Source: an uncultured Gammaproteobacteria bacterium
GTDB taxonomy: Bacteria; Patescibacteriota; Microgenomatia; UBA10105; UBA927
Reading direction: 5' to 3'
DNA: 42,817 nucleotides
Assembly (NCBI GenBank): GCA_964461825.1
Contig: CAYWVJ010000001.1
Span: forward strand, 15,917-58,733
How positions within the stretch are numbered: position 1 is the first letter of the stretch; every line of letters begins with the position of its first letter. The notes below the pieces were generated by a model. It ran no database searches and was not told where the DNA came from. It was given only the letters and a program-made list of their open reading frames with translations. The position numbers and the translations under genes are program-made. This document shows positions 18,187-27,289 of this stretch, piece after piece.

Positions 18187-19610
18187 GATGTTCCCTTATA
18201 GTGTACCAGACGGAATATTTTCACAAACGGCACGTCCCACTGGCCTGTAATTTCCGCCCTGCCGAAGCCTGCGATTTCCCACAACGGATGCCCCAACGGC
18301 TTGCAGTCCGATTGTTCGCATATGACGATGAGCTGATCCGTAACGGTGCGCCGCCCGGGATCCACAGCGGTGTTTTCGATTGCAACCGGTGCGCGGCCTG
18401 CAAGCTCAAAAAAGTAGCGGTATGCGTGATCGGAGTTGCCGCCGGTAATGAGCGCAAAATTAAACGGCTTGCCCTGGGTAGGCGCCAGTGCCGCCTCGGC
18501 GATCCGTTTGGTTTGCGCCAGCTGGTTGTTCGGCGGATACAGGAACGGTCTGCCCTGCCAGTTAAAAATCAATAGGAGCACCCAAAGGATTACCCCGAAT
18601 ACCCTAAACTCCCTAAGCAGTACTCCGGCCGCCAGAAACGGCAGCGGGAAAAATATGCCGAAATAATAATCGTAAATTCCCTTGTTATAAAAACCAAAAA
18701 GGAGCACTACCGTGACGCCCCACGCCAAAAGCAGCCAGGATTTTTTCCTCATTAGGTATGCGAGGGAAAGGACGACCGTCGCGCGCGTGCCAAAAAACCA
18801 CGCCCAGAGCTGCCACTTCGGCAGCGAGCCGAAAAGCGAACCGTCGGGAAGCCGGTACAGCAGCCGTCCGAACGACCGGAACAGAACGTCATCGACGATA
18901 GCCCAGTAATTGGCGCGTACGCCGGTATCGCTGCCGGACAGCACGAACCGGATAATCGATTGCGTATTGGGAAATCCGTGGCGTATTTCGAACGCCAGAA
19001 ACGGGCTGTATCCTGCGACAAAGCCCAACAATACCAGAAATAATTTCCGGATGTCACGCACCCATATCCCCGTTACCGCAAAGAGAAACAAAAAAAGATA
19101 ATGGAGCTGCAATCCGATCCCGAGAACAACGCCTGCCCATACCCATTTGCGTTTATACAAAAGATGGATAAGGAGAAGCGAAAAAAACGGCACGAGGTTC
19201 GGATTCCACGAAGACCGCGAATAGGCGATGACGAGCGGTGACACCGCATACAACCCTGCCGCAAACAGTCCCACCCACGGATCGAACAATTCGTTTCCCA
19301 CTACGAACACGAGCGCTACCGTCGCAATACCGAAGAGCGCGACCATGATTGCGGGTCCCACCGGATTAAGCTGCCACGCCCACAAAAACGGCAGCATGAA
19401 GTAATAATAGATCGGCCCGAGGAAAAATCCGCCGACGGATGCGGTCGGCCCCAAAAGCGTAAACTTGCCGTCGCGGATCATGCGAAGCACGATGATCGCG
19501 TCGCGACCCTCGTCCCCCAGAAACGTCATGTATCCGGCGATGTTATACAGCCGCAGATACGCGGCAACGCCCAGGATAATTAGAAGCGCAAGAACAAACC
19601 GGCGTTTCAT
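18183..19610 (-). CDS. ArnT/PMT-like (GT39-type) GT-C membrane glycosyltransferase
   Basis: Multi-TM. The N-terminus reads 'AAYLRLYNIAGYMTFLGDEGRDAIIV', an acidic first-loop motif. The start is moved to the ATG at 19610 (MKRRFVL), giving an ATGA overlap. Confidence 0.7.
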   Translation of the reverse strand: MKRRFVLALLIILGVAAYLRLYNIAGYMTFLGDEGRDAIIVLRMIRDGKFTLLGPTASVGGFFLGPIYYYFMLPFLWAWQLNPVGPAIMVALFGIATVALVFVVGNELFDPWVGLFAAGLYAVSPLVIAYSRSSWNPNLVPFFSLLLIHLLYKRKWVWAGVVLGIGLQLHYLFLFLFAVTGIWVRDIRKLFLVLLGFVAGYSPFLAFEIRHGFPNTQSIIRFVLSGSDTGVRANYWAIVDDVLFRSFGRLLYRLPDGSLFGSLPKWQLWAWFFGTRATVVLSLAYLMRKKSWLLLAWGVTVVLLFGFYNKGIYDYYFGIFFPLPFLAAGVLLREFRVFGVILWVLLLIFNWQGRPFLYPPNNQLAQTKRIAEAALAPTQGKPFNFALITGGNSDHAYRYFFELAGRAPVAIENTAVDPGRRTVTDQLIVICEQSDCKPLGHPLWEIAGFGRAEITGQWDVPFVKIFRLVHYKGTS

Positions 19611-20728
19611 CGTTTTTTCTTCCAGATCACGTTTGCATACATGACGTAATTCCAAATAAGAAGAAGCCCGGTTCCTAAAAGAAACCAGATGAAGTACGAC
19701 CGGTCCCCGAAAAGCCGCACGCCGAACCAAATCGTTCCGGTTTGGATGACGATAACGCCGAATGCGCTGGTCGCATAAAAATGCACGAGTTTCGTCAGGT
19801 ACTGGCCAACGCCAATAATTTTATGGTGTTTGAACGTCCACAGATTGTTGAAATTAAAATTGGAAAATATCGCAACTGCAGCACCGGTGAGGTTTGCGAC
19901 CGTCGCCGGCCACCGAAACCAGTTGTGCAGCATGACCAGAAGTACGGCGTTGATGACAAACCCGAATCCCCCGACGATAAGAAATTTACCGAACGAACCG
20001 CCGAAAAGCTCCTGCACTCTGGCGATGAATATGTATTGATAAATGTTGAGGATGTACTGCGCCGGCGCGATTTTTGAATGTCCGTACAAACGGTCGGTAA
20101 AATGGAACGGCACTTCCCGGACGATTGCGCCGTGATGGATTGCTTTATGGAGGAATGCAATCTGAAAAACATATCCGCTGTATGAGGTCATCTGCCCGTG
20201 AATTTCGTCGTAGAATTTCCGGGTGTACGCGCGGTATCCGCCCGTCCAGTCGCGTACGGTCGGGTGCCACAGACCGAACCGGACGATGTTGTTTCCGATC
20301 ACGCTGTAAATTTTTCTGATAATGCTCCAGTTTTCCGGTATGCCGCCCCCCGGGATGTACCGGCTGCCCACCGCAAACGTTGCGCCGCGATCAATGGCGC
20401 CGATGAGTTTCGGCGCGACGCGCGGATCATGGGATAAATCCGCGTCCATCTGAAGCACGACGTCGGCGCCCATGCGCATAAACGCATGCTCCTGCCCACG
20501 CAAAAGCGCTTTTCCCAATCCTTCTTTTTTCCCGCTCACGACAAAAACGTTTTTGTGGGTCCTTCGGTATGCGTCTACCACGTCGCGCGTGCCGTCGGGC
20601 GACGTGTCATCAACAATAAGATATGAAATAGTATGCCGGACACTAGCGAGCGATCTCACCAGCTGCTGCAAAAGGAGGATAATGTTCTCCCGTTCGTTAT
20701 ACGTTGGGATGACAACGACGACTTTCAT
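19607..20728 (-). CDS. Fusion of a Dpm1/GtrB-like GT2 polyprenyl-phosphate sugar synthase with a C-terminal GtrA-like 4-TM domain
   Basis: The N-terminal part has 'VVIPTYNEREN', 'IVDDTSPDGT' and 'QMDADLSHDP'. The C-terminal part (about nt 19610-19985) reads 'FLIVGGFGFVINAVLLV...AIFSNFNFNNLWTFK', typical of GtrA. The start is at ATG 20728. Confidence 0.8.
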   Translation of the reverse strand: MKVVVVIPTYNERENIILLLQQLVRSLASVRHTISYLIVDDTSPDGTRDVVDAYRRTHKNVFVVSGKKEGLGKALLRGQEHAFMRMGADVVLQMDADLSHDPRVAPKLIGAIDRGATFAVGSRYIPGGGIPENWSIIRKIYSVIGNNIVRFGLWHPTVRDWTGGYRAYTRKFYDEIHGQMTSYSGYVFQIAFLHKAIHHGAIVREVPFHFTDRLYGHSKIAPAQYILNIYQYIFIARVQELFGGSFGKFLIVGGFGFVINAVLLVMLHNWFRWPATVANLTGAAVAIFSNFNFNNLWTFKHHKIIGVGQYLTKLVHFYATSAFGVIVIQTGTIWFGVRLFGDRSYFIWFLLGTGLLLIWNYVMYANVIWKKKR

Positions 20729-20744
20729 TGTCTGCGACGACGGA

Positions 20745-21701
20745 TTATACGCGGCCTCTCCAGTAATTGAGAAGATCCTCCATCGTCTTTTCAAACGGGA
20801 TAGACGGTTTCCAGCCGGTTTGTGCCACAAATTTGGCGTTGTCTCCCAACAGTACCGGCACGTCGGACGGCCGCATGCGTGCGGGATCCTCTTTTATTTC
20901 CACCTTCGCTTTGGAAAACGTCAAAAGAAGTTTCAGCATGTCGCCGATTTTTATCGTTTTGCCGCTGCTGATATTGTAGACTTCACCGGGATCGCATTTT
21001 TCCACCGCGACCAGATAGCCTTTCACCATGTCCCGCACGTCCGTATAATCGCGGGACGCCTCAAGATTTCCGACGTGAATGACCGGATCCTGTTTCCCTT
21101 TTTCGATAAGTGCAATCTGTTTTGCGAAATTAGATTCCGCAAACGTGTCGCCGCGCCGCGGACCGGTATGATTGAATCCGCGCGTCCGGATGATGCGGAC
21201 CTTGTATGACTGGTAGTACTGATATCCCAGATAATCCATCGCGAGTTTCGACACCGCGTACGGCGAAAGCGGCCGAAGCGGGTTTGTTTCCTTTATCGGG
21301 AGCTCGTTTTCATGAACCAGCCCGTACTCTTCGCTCGAACACGCGATCTGGATGACCGGATCAATGCCGGACATGCGTACCGCCTCAAACAAATTCGCAC
21401 TTCCCACGATATTTACCTCAAGCGTTACCGACGGCGATACCCATGAGGTCGGGACAAACGATTGCGCTGCCAGATGGAAAATGTAATCGGGTTTCAACCG
21501 CGATACCATCGTGTACAGACTGTGGGTATCCATGAGGTCAGCATCCTCGAGATGAAGTTTCGTAATTATGGGTTCGATGTAGTCGGTTTTGCTTCTGGGG
21601 CGTACTAATCCGTACACCTCAAACCCGCTGGAAAGCAAAAGTTCCGCAAGATGACTCCCCACGAATCCTGCAATCCCGGTGATAAGTGCTTTTTTTGCCA
21701 T
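20745..21701 (-). CDS. NDP-sugar 4,6-dehydratase/reductase of the extended SDR family (GDP-mannose 4,6-dehydratase-like)
   Basis: 'ALITGIAGFVGSHL' Rossmann motif, 'YAVSKLAMD' (YxxxK) and 'RGFNHTGPRRGDTF'. The ATG at 21701 has a GGAGG RBS. Confidence 0.72.
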   Translation of the reverse strand: MAKKALITGIAGFVGSHLAELLLSSGFEVYGLVRPRSKTDYIEPIITKLHLEDADLMDTHSLYTMVSRLKPDYIFHLAAQSFVPTSWVSPSVTLEVNIVGSANLFEAVRMSGIDPVIQIACSSEEYGLVHENELPIKETNPLRPLSPYAVSKLAMDYLGYQYYQSYKVRIIRTRGFNHTGPRRGDTFAESNFAKQIALIEKGKQDPVIHVGNLEASRDYTDVRDMVKGYLVAVEKCDPGEVYNISSGKTIKIGDMLKLLLTFSKAKVEIKEDPARMRPSDVPVLLGDNAKFVAQTGWKPSIPFEKTMEDLLNYWRGRV

Positions 21702-21720
21702 TGTGCCTCCGTTCATTGTA

Positions 21721-23016
21721 TCACATTCTCCCCACGCCGTAATAGACGTATCCAAGCTCTTTTACCTGTAACGGTTCATATATATTTCGTCCGTCGAAAA
21801 GCACGCGATCGTTAAGATTCTTTGCGAGCCGCACGAGATCGAGCTGGCGGAATTCGTTCCATTCGGTCACGACCGCCACCGCATCGGCTCCTTTCGCCGC
21901 GGCGTACGGATCTTTTGCGAACCGAACCGACGGCGGAAGCAGCGTTTTTGCGTTATCCATCGCGACGGGATCGTATACCGCGATTGCCGCGCCGGCGCCG
22001 AGGAGCTCGCGGATGATAAACAGGGAAGGCGCTTCCCGCATGTCGTCGGTATTGGGCTTAAACGAAAGTCCAAGGACGGCGATCGTTTTCCCGCGCAGAG
22101 ACGAAAAATGACGCATGATTTTTTTCACGAAATTCCGTGCCGCTTCCGTATTGATCTCGTCGACTGCTTTGAGCAGTTTGAAGTCGTAGCCGTGCTGGCC
22201 CGCAATCGTAACGAGCGCTTTTACGTCTTTGGGGAAACAGCTGCCGCCGTATCCGACGCCGGGATACAGAAAGCTTCTGCCAAGCCGTTTATCCAATCCG
22301 ACCGCCGAAAGAACCAGTTCCGCATCCGCACCGACGTTTTCCGAAAGCATCGCGATGGCATTGGCAAACGAAATCTTCGTGGATAACAGGGCATTCGAGG
22401 CATATTTAATGAGTTCTGCGGTTTCAAGATTACAAAGAATGGTTTTTCCGTTGATCGGTTTGTGCAGTTCCAGAAGAAGTTCCTGCGCGCGGTGCGAGGT
22501 AGTCCCGATGACGACGCGGTCCGGGTGCATCGTGTCGTTGATAGCCGAGCCTTCGCGCAAAAATTCGGGGACCGAGGCAATCGCAAACGACGTTCCGTCG
22601 GGCTTTTCGTTGGCAATGCGCTCGCCGATCATTTTATTCGTACCGGGGGGGACTGTACTTTTGGTCACGACGACCTTGTATCCGATGAGCGACTTTGCAA
22701 TGCCCGATGCAGCTTCCCAGACGCTTGTCAGATCTGCTTCGCCGTTTTTCTTAGCCGGCGTGCCAACGCAGATGAAAACGATTTCCGACGGAGAAATCGC
22801 CTCGCGGTAATCGAGCGTAAATTTGAGCCTGCCCGCTTCGCTGTTGCGGTTCACGAGTTCCGCAAGTCCGGGTTCAAAAAACGGAACGATGCCCCGCTTC
22901 AGCTTTTGTATCTTTTCCGGCGTACGGCCGGCCACCCACACGGTATTCCCCAGATCCGCAAATACCGCTGCGGTAACCAACCCCACGTACCCGTGACCGA
23001 TGAACGCAATCGTCAT
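21721..23016 (-). CDS. ugd: UDP-glucose 6-dehydrogenase
   Basis: 'IAFIGHGYVGLVTAAVFA' NAD-binding motif and the catalytic 'GGSCFPKDV'. The 431-aa length is typical. Confidence 0.9.
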   Translation of the reverse strand: MTIAFIGHGYVGLVTAAVFADLGNTVWVAGRTPEKIQKLKRGIVPFFEPGLAELVNRNSEAGRLKFTLDYREAISPSEIVFICVGTPAKKNGEADLTSVWEAASGIAKSLIGYKVVVTKSTVPPGTNKMIGERIANEKPDGTSFAIASVPEFLREGSAINDTMHPDRVVIGTTSHRAQELLLELHKPINGKTILCNLETAELIKYASNALLSTKISFANAIAMLSENVGADAELVLSAVGLDKRLGRSFLYPGVGYGGSCFPKDVKALVTIAGQHGYDFKLLKAVDEINTEAARNFVKKIMRHFSSLRGKTIAVLGLSFKPNTDDMREAPSLFIIRELLGAGAAIAVYDPVAMDNAKTLLPPSVRFAKDPYAAAKGADAVAVVTEWNEFRQLDLVRLAKNLNDRVLFDGRNIYEPLQVKELGYVYYGVGRM

Positions 23017-23867
23017 TGTTCCTGCTCCTTAACCAGCGCTATCCCTTCGCCAAACGCGTGCATGCGAACTCCGAGCGCAGTAATTTTGCCGTTATCAAGG
23101 GCTGCGTACTGCGGCACCGGCGCACGGTTGGCAAACATTTCGCGAAACGGTATTTCCTGCACAAGACTTCTATCATACCCAAACGTGTCCGCAATTGCCA
23201 CACCCGCGTCAAACGGCGAAATCGGGCTGGAAACCGCGTGATAAATCCCGCTTGCATCGTTTGCGATAAGTACGCGGATGACTTCGGCAATATCGTCGAT
23301 GAACGTCGGCGAAAATATCTGATCTTTGGCGCACGTAATCGGCGTACCGGCGGACAGCCGCTCGAGCATTTTGTGGACCCAGTCTTTCTTTCCGATCGGA
23401 TGGGCGCGGTAGGGATTGGAAATGCGAATCACCAGCCCCTGTTCGCCAAGCGCCAGTACCCTTTTTGCCCCTTCAGTTTTCGTTTTTGCGTACCAAGAGA
23501 GCGGACTGGCAGGATCGTCTTCGGAATAACGATATCCCTTCTTTTTTCCGTCAAAGGCATAATCCGTATCGACGTACAGAAGTTTCTTGCCTGATTTTCT
23601 GCACTCATCCGCAATGTGTTCCGTTGCCAGTACGTTTACGTTCCACGGCGTATCGTGATCGGACTGCGCGCCCTGTACGTTGGTGTACGCAGCCATATGA
23701 AATACCCACGGCGCGTCGGATTTTGCCAACCGTTCGGCAACCGCCGAAGCATTGGTAATGTCCACGCCGGTCTCGAGACTCAAATTCTCAAATGAAAACC
23801 CGCGGGCAAGAAGTTCCACGACCCGCGATCCCACGAGACCTGATAATCCGGTTCCTATGACGTTCAT
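23013..23867 (-). CDS. rmlD: dTDP-4-dehydrorhamnose reductase-like SDR
   Basis: 'IGTGLSGLVGSRV', 'SWYAKTK' (YxxxK), and its position after rmlB in the rml operon. The ATG at 23867 gives an ATGA overlap. Confidence 0.72.
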   Translation of the reverse strand: MNVIGTGLSGLVGSRVVELLARGFSFENLSLETGVDITNASAVAERLAKSDAPWVFHMAAYTNVQGAQSDHDTPWNVNVLATEHIADECRKSGKKLLYVDTDYAFDGKKKGYRYSEDDPASPLSWYAKTKTEGAKRVLALGEQGLVIRISNPYRAHPIGKKDWVHKMLERLSAGTPITCAKDQIFSPTFIDDIAEVIRVLIANDASGIYHAVSSPISPFDAGVAIADTFGYDRSLVQEIPFREMFANRAPVPQYAALDNGKITALGVRMHAFGEGIALVKEQEQ

Positions 23868-24871
23868 CCGTACTGTTTTCTGTAATACTCCTGATACGCA
23901 CCGGTTTTGACGTCGCGCCACCATTTACCGTTTGTTTTATACCACTCGACGGTTCTTACCAGCCATTCCTCAAAATCATGCTCCGGTTTCCAGCCCGTCT
24001 CGGCATGAATCTTCGTCCAGTCCATCGCATACCGCCGGTCATGGCCCGGCCTGTCTTTGACAAATTCTATTGACGATTCGTCCTTTTGCATCAGTTTGAG
24101 AATCATGCGTACAACCTCAAGATTGCTGATATCGCGGGTCATGCCGCCGATGCAATACGTTTCGCCGGTCCTGCCGCGGCTAAGCACCGCATCAATCGCG
24201 CGGCAGTGATCTTCCACGTACAGCCAGTCGCGGACGTTTTTGCCGTCGCCGTACACCGGCACCTTTTTCCCCTCCAGAATATTCGTGATGGCAAGCGGAA
24301 TAAATTTTTCGGGGAACTGATACGGGCCGAAATTATTCGAACAGTTCGTAATCGTAACCGGCAGTCCGTACGTATGATAGTATGCCCGAACTAAATGATC
24401 TGATGCTGCTTTACTTGCTGAATACGGACTTCTGGGATCATATGGTGTTCGTTCACTAAACTTACCCGAACTTCCGAGCTCGAGTGATCCGAACACCTCA
24501 TCCGTCGAAACGTGATGAAACCGCGAGACCTTAGCCGTCAACGCAGCATCCAAAAGTACCTGCGTACCGACGACATTCGTTTTTATAAACGGCGCGGGAT
24601 CGTGGATCGAGCGGTCAACGTGACTTTCCGCCGCAAAATGCACGACAACGTCAACGCCCTGCATTACGCGACCGACTGCTTGGGAATCGCAGATGTCTCC
24701 CTGAACGAACGAGTAACGGGGATTTTTTTCTGCTGACGCAAGATTTTCGAGATTGCCGGCATAGGTCAGTTTGTCGAAATTGATAACCTCGTCACCCGCA
24801 TGGTTGGCAAGCCAGTACAGAATAAAGTTTGCGCCGATAAATCCCGCCCCGCCGGTAACCAGAAGCTTCAT
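23864..24871 (-). CDS. rmlB: dTDP-glucose 4,6-dehydratase
   Basis: 'LLVTGGAGFIGANF', 'HVSTDEVFG' and 'YSASKAASDHLVRAY...NCSNNFGPYQFPEK' are highly characteristic. Confidence 0.93.
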   Translation of the reverse strand: MKLLVTGGAGFIGANFILYWLANHAGDEVINFDKLTYAGNLENLASAEKNPRYSFVQGDICDSQAVGRVMQGVDVVVHFAAESHVDRSIHDPAPFIKTNVVGTQVLLDAALTAKVSRFHHVSTDEVFGSLELGSSGKFSERTPYDPRSPYSASKAASDHLVRAYYHTYGLPVTITNCSNNFGPYQFPEKFIPLAITNILEGKKVPVYGDGKNVRDWLYVEDHCRAIDAVLSRGRTGETYCIGGMTRDISNLEVVRMILKLMQKDESSIEFVKDRPGHDRRYAMDWTKIHAETGWKPEHDFEEWLVRTVEWYKTNGKWWRDVKTGAYQEYYRKQYG

Positions 24872-25344
24872 GTGATGTTTTTGTTTGAAATGGGTACTCC
24901 CTGCACCCAGTCGTAGCCGATACGCGGATCGTTGTAGGAAATCCGCCCTTCCTCCTCCTTCGTGTAGATGCCGCTGGTTACGTACACCAGGTCGGCCGGC
25001 CCGGTAAGGACCTTCAGTCCGTGCGCGACTCCCGCGGGTATTTTTATTATCACGTTGTCGGGTTCGTCCGAAGACAGCGTAAATTCATTCAGCTGTTTAT
25101 ACGTCGCCGACGTTTCGCGAAGATCATATAACGCCGCTTTTATTTTCCCCCGTACGACGTACCACCAGTCAATCTGCGTTGTATGAACGTGCCAAGCCTT
25201 CACGACGTTGTCGACCATAAATGAATGGGATATCTGGCCGAACCCCTCGTTGAAAAAATCATCGGTGGCACGAATCATCTCCTCGAAATATCCCCGTTCG
25301 TCAGGGTGGCGCACTAATGGTTTGACTGCAACGCCGTTTATCAT
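24868..25344 (-). CDS. rmlC: dTDP-4-dehydrorhamnose 3,5-epimerase (short cupin form)
   Basis: 158-aa cupin: 'RHPDERGYFEE', 'KAWHVHTTQIDWWYVVRG' and 'IPAGVAHG'. It sits between rmlA and rmlB. Confidence 0.8.
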   Translation of the reverse strand: MINGVAVKPLVRHPDERGYFEEMIRATDDFFNEGFGQISHSFMVDNVVKAWHVHTTQIDWWYVVRGKIKAALYDLRETSATYKQLNEFTLSSDEPDNVIIKIPAGVAHGLKVLTGPADLVYVTSGIYTKEEEGRISYNDPRIGYDWVQGVPISNKNIT

Positions 25345-26078
25345 AGTTTGCCCTCGATGACAAAGCGCGATACGTCGTTGTTGGCACGCAAAAGTTCATC
25401 GAACGACGTGCCTGCGTCGATCCACCAATCGATGACGTCGCAGGTCAGATTGCCGGAACGAAGATAGCAATTGTTGAGGTCGGTTACTTCGAGTTCCTGC
25501 CGTTTTGACGGTTTGAGCGTCCTGATGTAATCAAACACGTTTGCGTCGTACATGTAAACGCCGATCTGCGCAATGTCGCTTTTCGGGCGTTCGGGTTTCT
25601 CTTCGATAGACAGCACCTTCCCGCGTTTATCTATTTCAATAACCCCGTACTGGCGCGATTTTGTGTCCAGATGCACACCGAATACCTTTGCTCCTTTCTT
25701 TGTTTTTTCAAACTCGGCAACGGACGCCGCCAGATCGAAATTAAATATGTTGTCGCCCAAAATAACGAGAATCGGCTCGTCGTGGGCGAACTTTTCCGCA
25801 AGAGCAATCGCGTCGGCAATCCCGCCTTTGGGATTTTTCTGAACTGCATAGTAGAGCGACAGCCCGAACTCCGATCCGTCGTGGAGAAGGTTCGTAAAAT
25901 GCCCCGCGTGATCCGGAGAACTCGTCAGCAGCACTTCATTCACACCCGCTTTTGCCATCGCCTCCAGCGGAAAATATACCATGGGCTTGTTATAAATCGG
26001 CAGCAGATGTTTATTGGTAACCAGCGTCAGCGGACGAAGTCTTGACGCAAGTCCTCCTGCAGGAATGACACCTTTCAT
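25341..26078 (-). CDS. rmlA: Glucose-1-phosphate thymidylyltransferase-like sugar nucleotidyltransferase (short form)
   Basis: 'GVIPAGGLASRLRPLT' and 'ILGDNIF'. The ATG at 26078 is preceded by aaaGGAGGttt. It is the first gene of the rml block. Confidence 0.8.
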   Translation of the reverse strand: MKGVIPAGGLASRLRPLTLVTNKHLLPIYNKPMVYFPLEAMAKAGVNEVLLTSSPDHAGHFTNLLHDGSEFGLSLYYAVQKNPKGGIADAIALAEKFAHDEPILVILGDNIFNFDLAASVAEFEKTKKGAKVFGVHLDTKSRQYGVIEIDKRGKVLSIEEKPERPKSDIAQIGVYMYDANVFDYIRTLKPSKRQELEVTDLNNCYLRSGNLTCDVIDWWIDAGTSFDELLRANNDVSRFVIEGKL

Positions 26079-26088
26079 GAAACCTCCT

Positions 26089-26337
26089 TTAGAAACCAAG
26101 CATGGTAACAAGAAGAACAACCGCTATGGCTCCGATAAGCACGTATTCTATCACAATCTTCGGATGAAGATCTCGTCTGATCGCGTGATAGATAATACCC
26201 CAAAGCACGTATGCAACTGCAGTCGTACTGCCGACGAAAAGTTCAAGCGTCGCGTTGGGCCTTACGAGAAAAAATGCGGCAACGCCTGCTGCCAAAATTC
26301 CCGTCAACGTCAGATAATGTACGAGTTTCTGTTTCAT
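26089..26337 (-). CDS. 82-aa two/three-TM membrane protein, unknown function
   Basis: Hydrophobic ORF that is ATGA-coupled to the CAP-domain gene. Confidence 0.5.
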   Translation of the reverse strand: MKQKLVHYLTLTGILAAGVAAFFLVRPNATLELFVGSTTAVAYVLWGIIYHAIRRDLHPKIVIEYVLIGAIAVVLLVTMLGF

Positions 26338-27248
26338 AATAATCTTCCGCGCCCCACACCCGTCAGGAGAATGTAGATGGCCGTGAGAAACATAAGATGT
26401 GCAACATTATGTCCGGCAATGCGCACCACGTGACGGCGCCCCGCGATCAACGCATCAACCAGCAGCAGTCCCATAAGAATACCGACAAACGCAAAAACAA
26501 TCGAACGGGAAACGGTCGGAATGTTAACCGCAGGCGTAAGCGTCACGCGCTGATAGTCGGGCGCCGCTGCCGATACCGGCTTTACTGCGGGAATTTGTTC
26601 AGGCTGGGGATTGGTTTGAGCGGCAGCCGTGGGCAAAACCGCAACCGGCTTAGGCGGCGCACTGGGAGCGGCCGCGATAACCGGCTGGGTGCCGAAAAAC
26701 TGCACGACGAGCGTCGTTTCCTCGCCGTTTAATACGCCGTTGACCGCAGCATACCCGACCTCGCGGTATCCGGGTTTGAGAATGTTTGCCCTGTGCGATG
26801 CCGACGCCATCCATGCGCTGACGACGGACTGGCTGTCGGAAAAATTCTTCGCTAAATTTTCGCCCGCAATCGAGTAATTATAGCCGGCGCGGATCATGAA
26901 ATCCCACGGCGTTGCACCCGTCGGCGAATTGTGTGCCCAATAATTTTTCGCGAACATGTCCGCGGCCTTGGCTGCGGCGGCGGCGGAAAGCGTACTGCTT
27001 AAAGTTAACGGCTCAAGACCCGCAGCGACGCGTTCCTTATTGATGCCGGTAAATATCTGTTCGACGCGGATATCGGTGGCATACCCCAAAACCTCCGGCG
27101 CTTTCCGGTAGCCGAACGTAAGTCCGAGATTAAGGATGGCAAACACCAGAAGATACGTCAGCAGTGCGTCGATGTGGAGCGCTTTTGCGCGGTGATTGTT
27201 CGAGTGATGCGGAATGAATAAATGACGGAAAAACGCAACAATTCCCAT
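26334..27248 (-). CDS. Membrane-anchored CAP/SCP (YkwD-like) domain protein
   Basis: 'NYWAHNSPTG', 'GENLAKNF' and 'WMASASHRANIL' are CAP motifs. The domain is flanked by an N-terminal TM and two C-terminal TMs, with an Ala/Pro-rich linker. Confidence 0.75.
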   Translation of the reverse strand: MGIVAFFRHLFIPHHSNNHRAKALHIDALLTYLLVFAILNLGLTFGYRKAPEVLGYATDIRVEQIFTGINKERVAAGLEPLTLSSTLSAAAAAKAADMFAKNYWAHNSPTGATPWDFMIRAGYNYSIAGENLAKNFSDSQSVVSAWMASASHRANILKPGYREVGYAAVNGVLNGEETTLVVQFFGTQPVIAAAPSAPPKPVAVLPTAAAQTNPQPEQIPAVKPVSAAAPDYQRVTLTPAVNIPTVSRSIVFAFVGILMGLLLVDALIAGRRHVVRIAGHNVAHLMFLTAIYILLTGVGRGRLL

Positions 27249-27289
27249 ACCTATCCATCATATGCAGATTTGCGGGTAAATTTCCAGTA

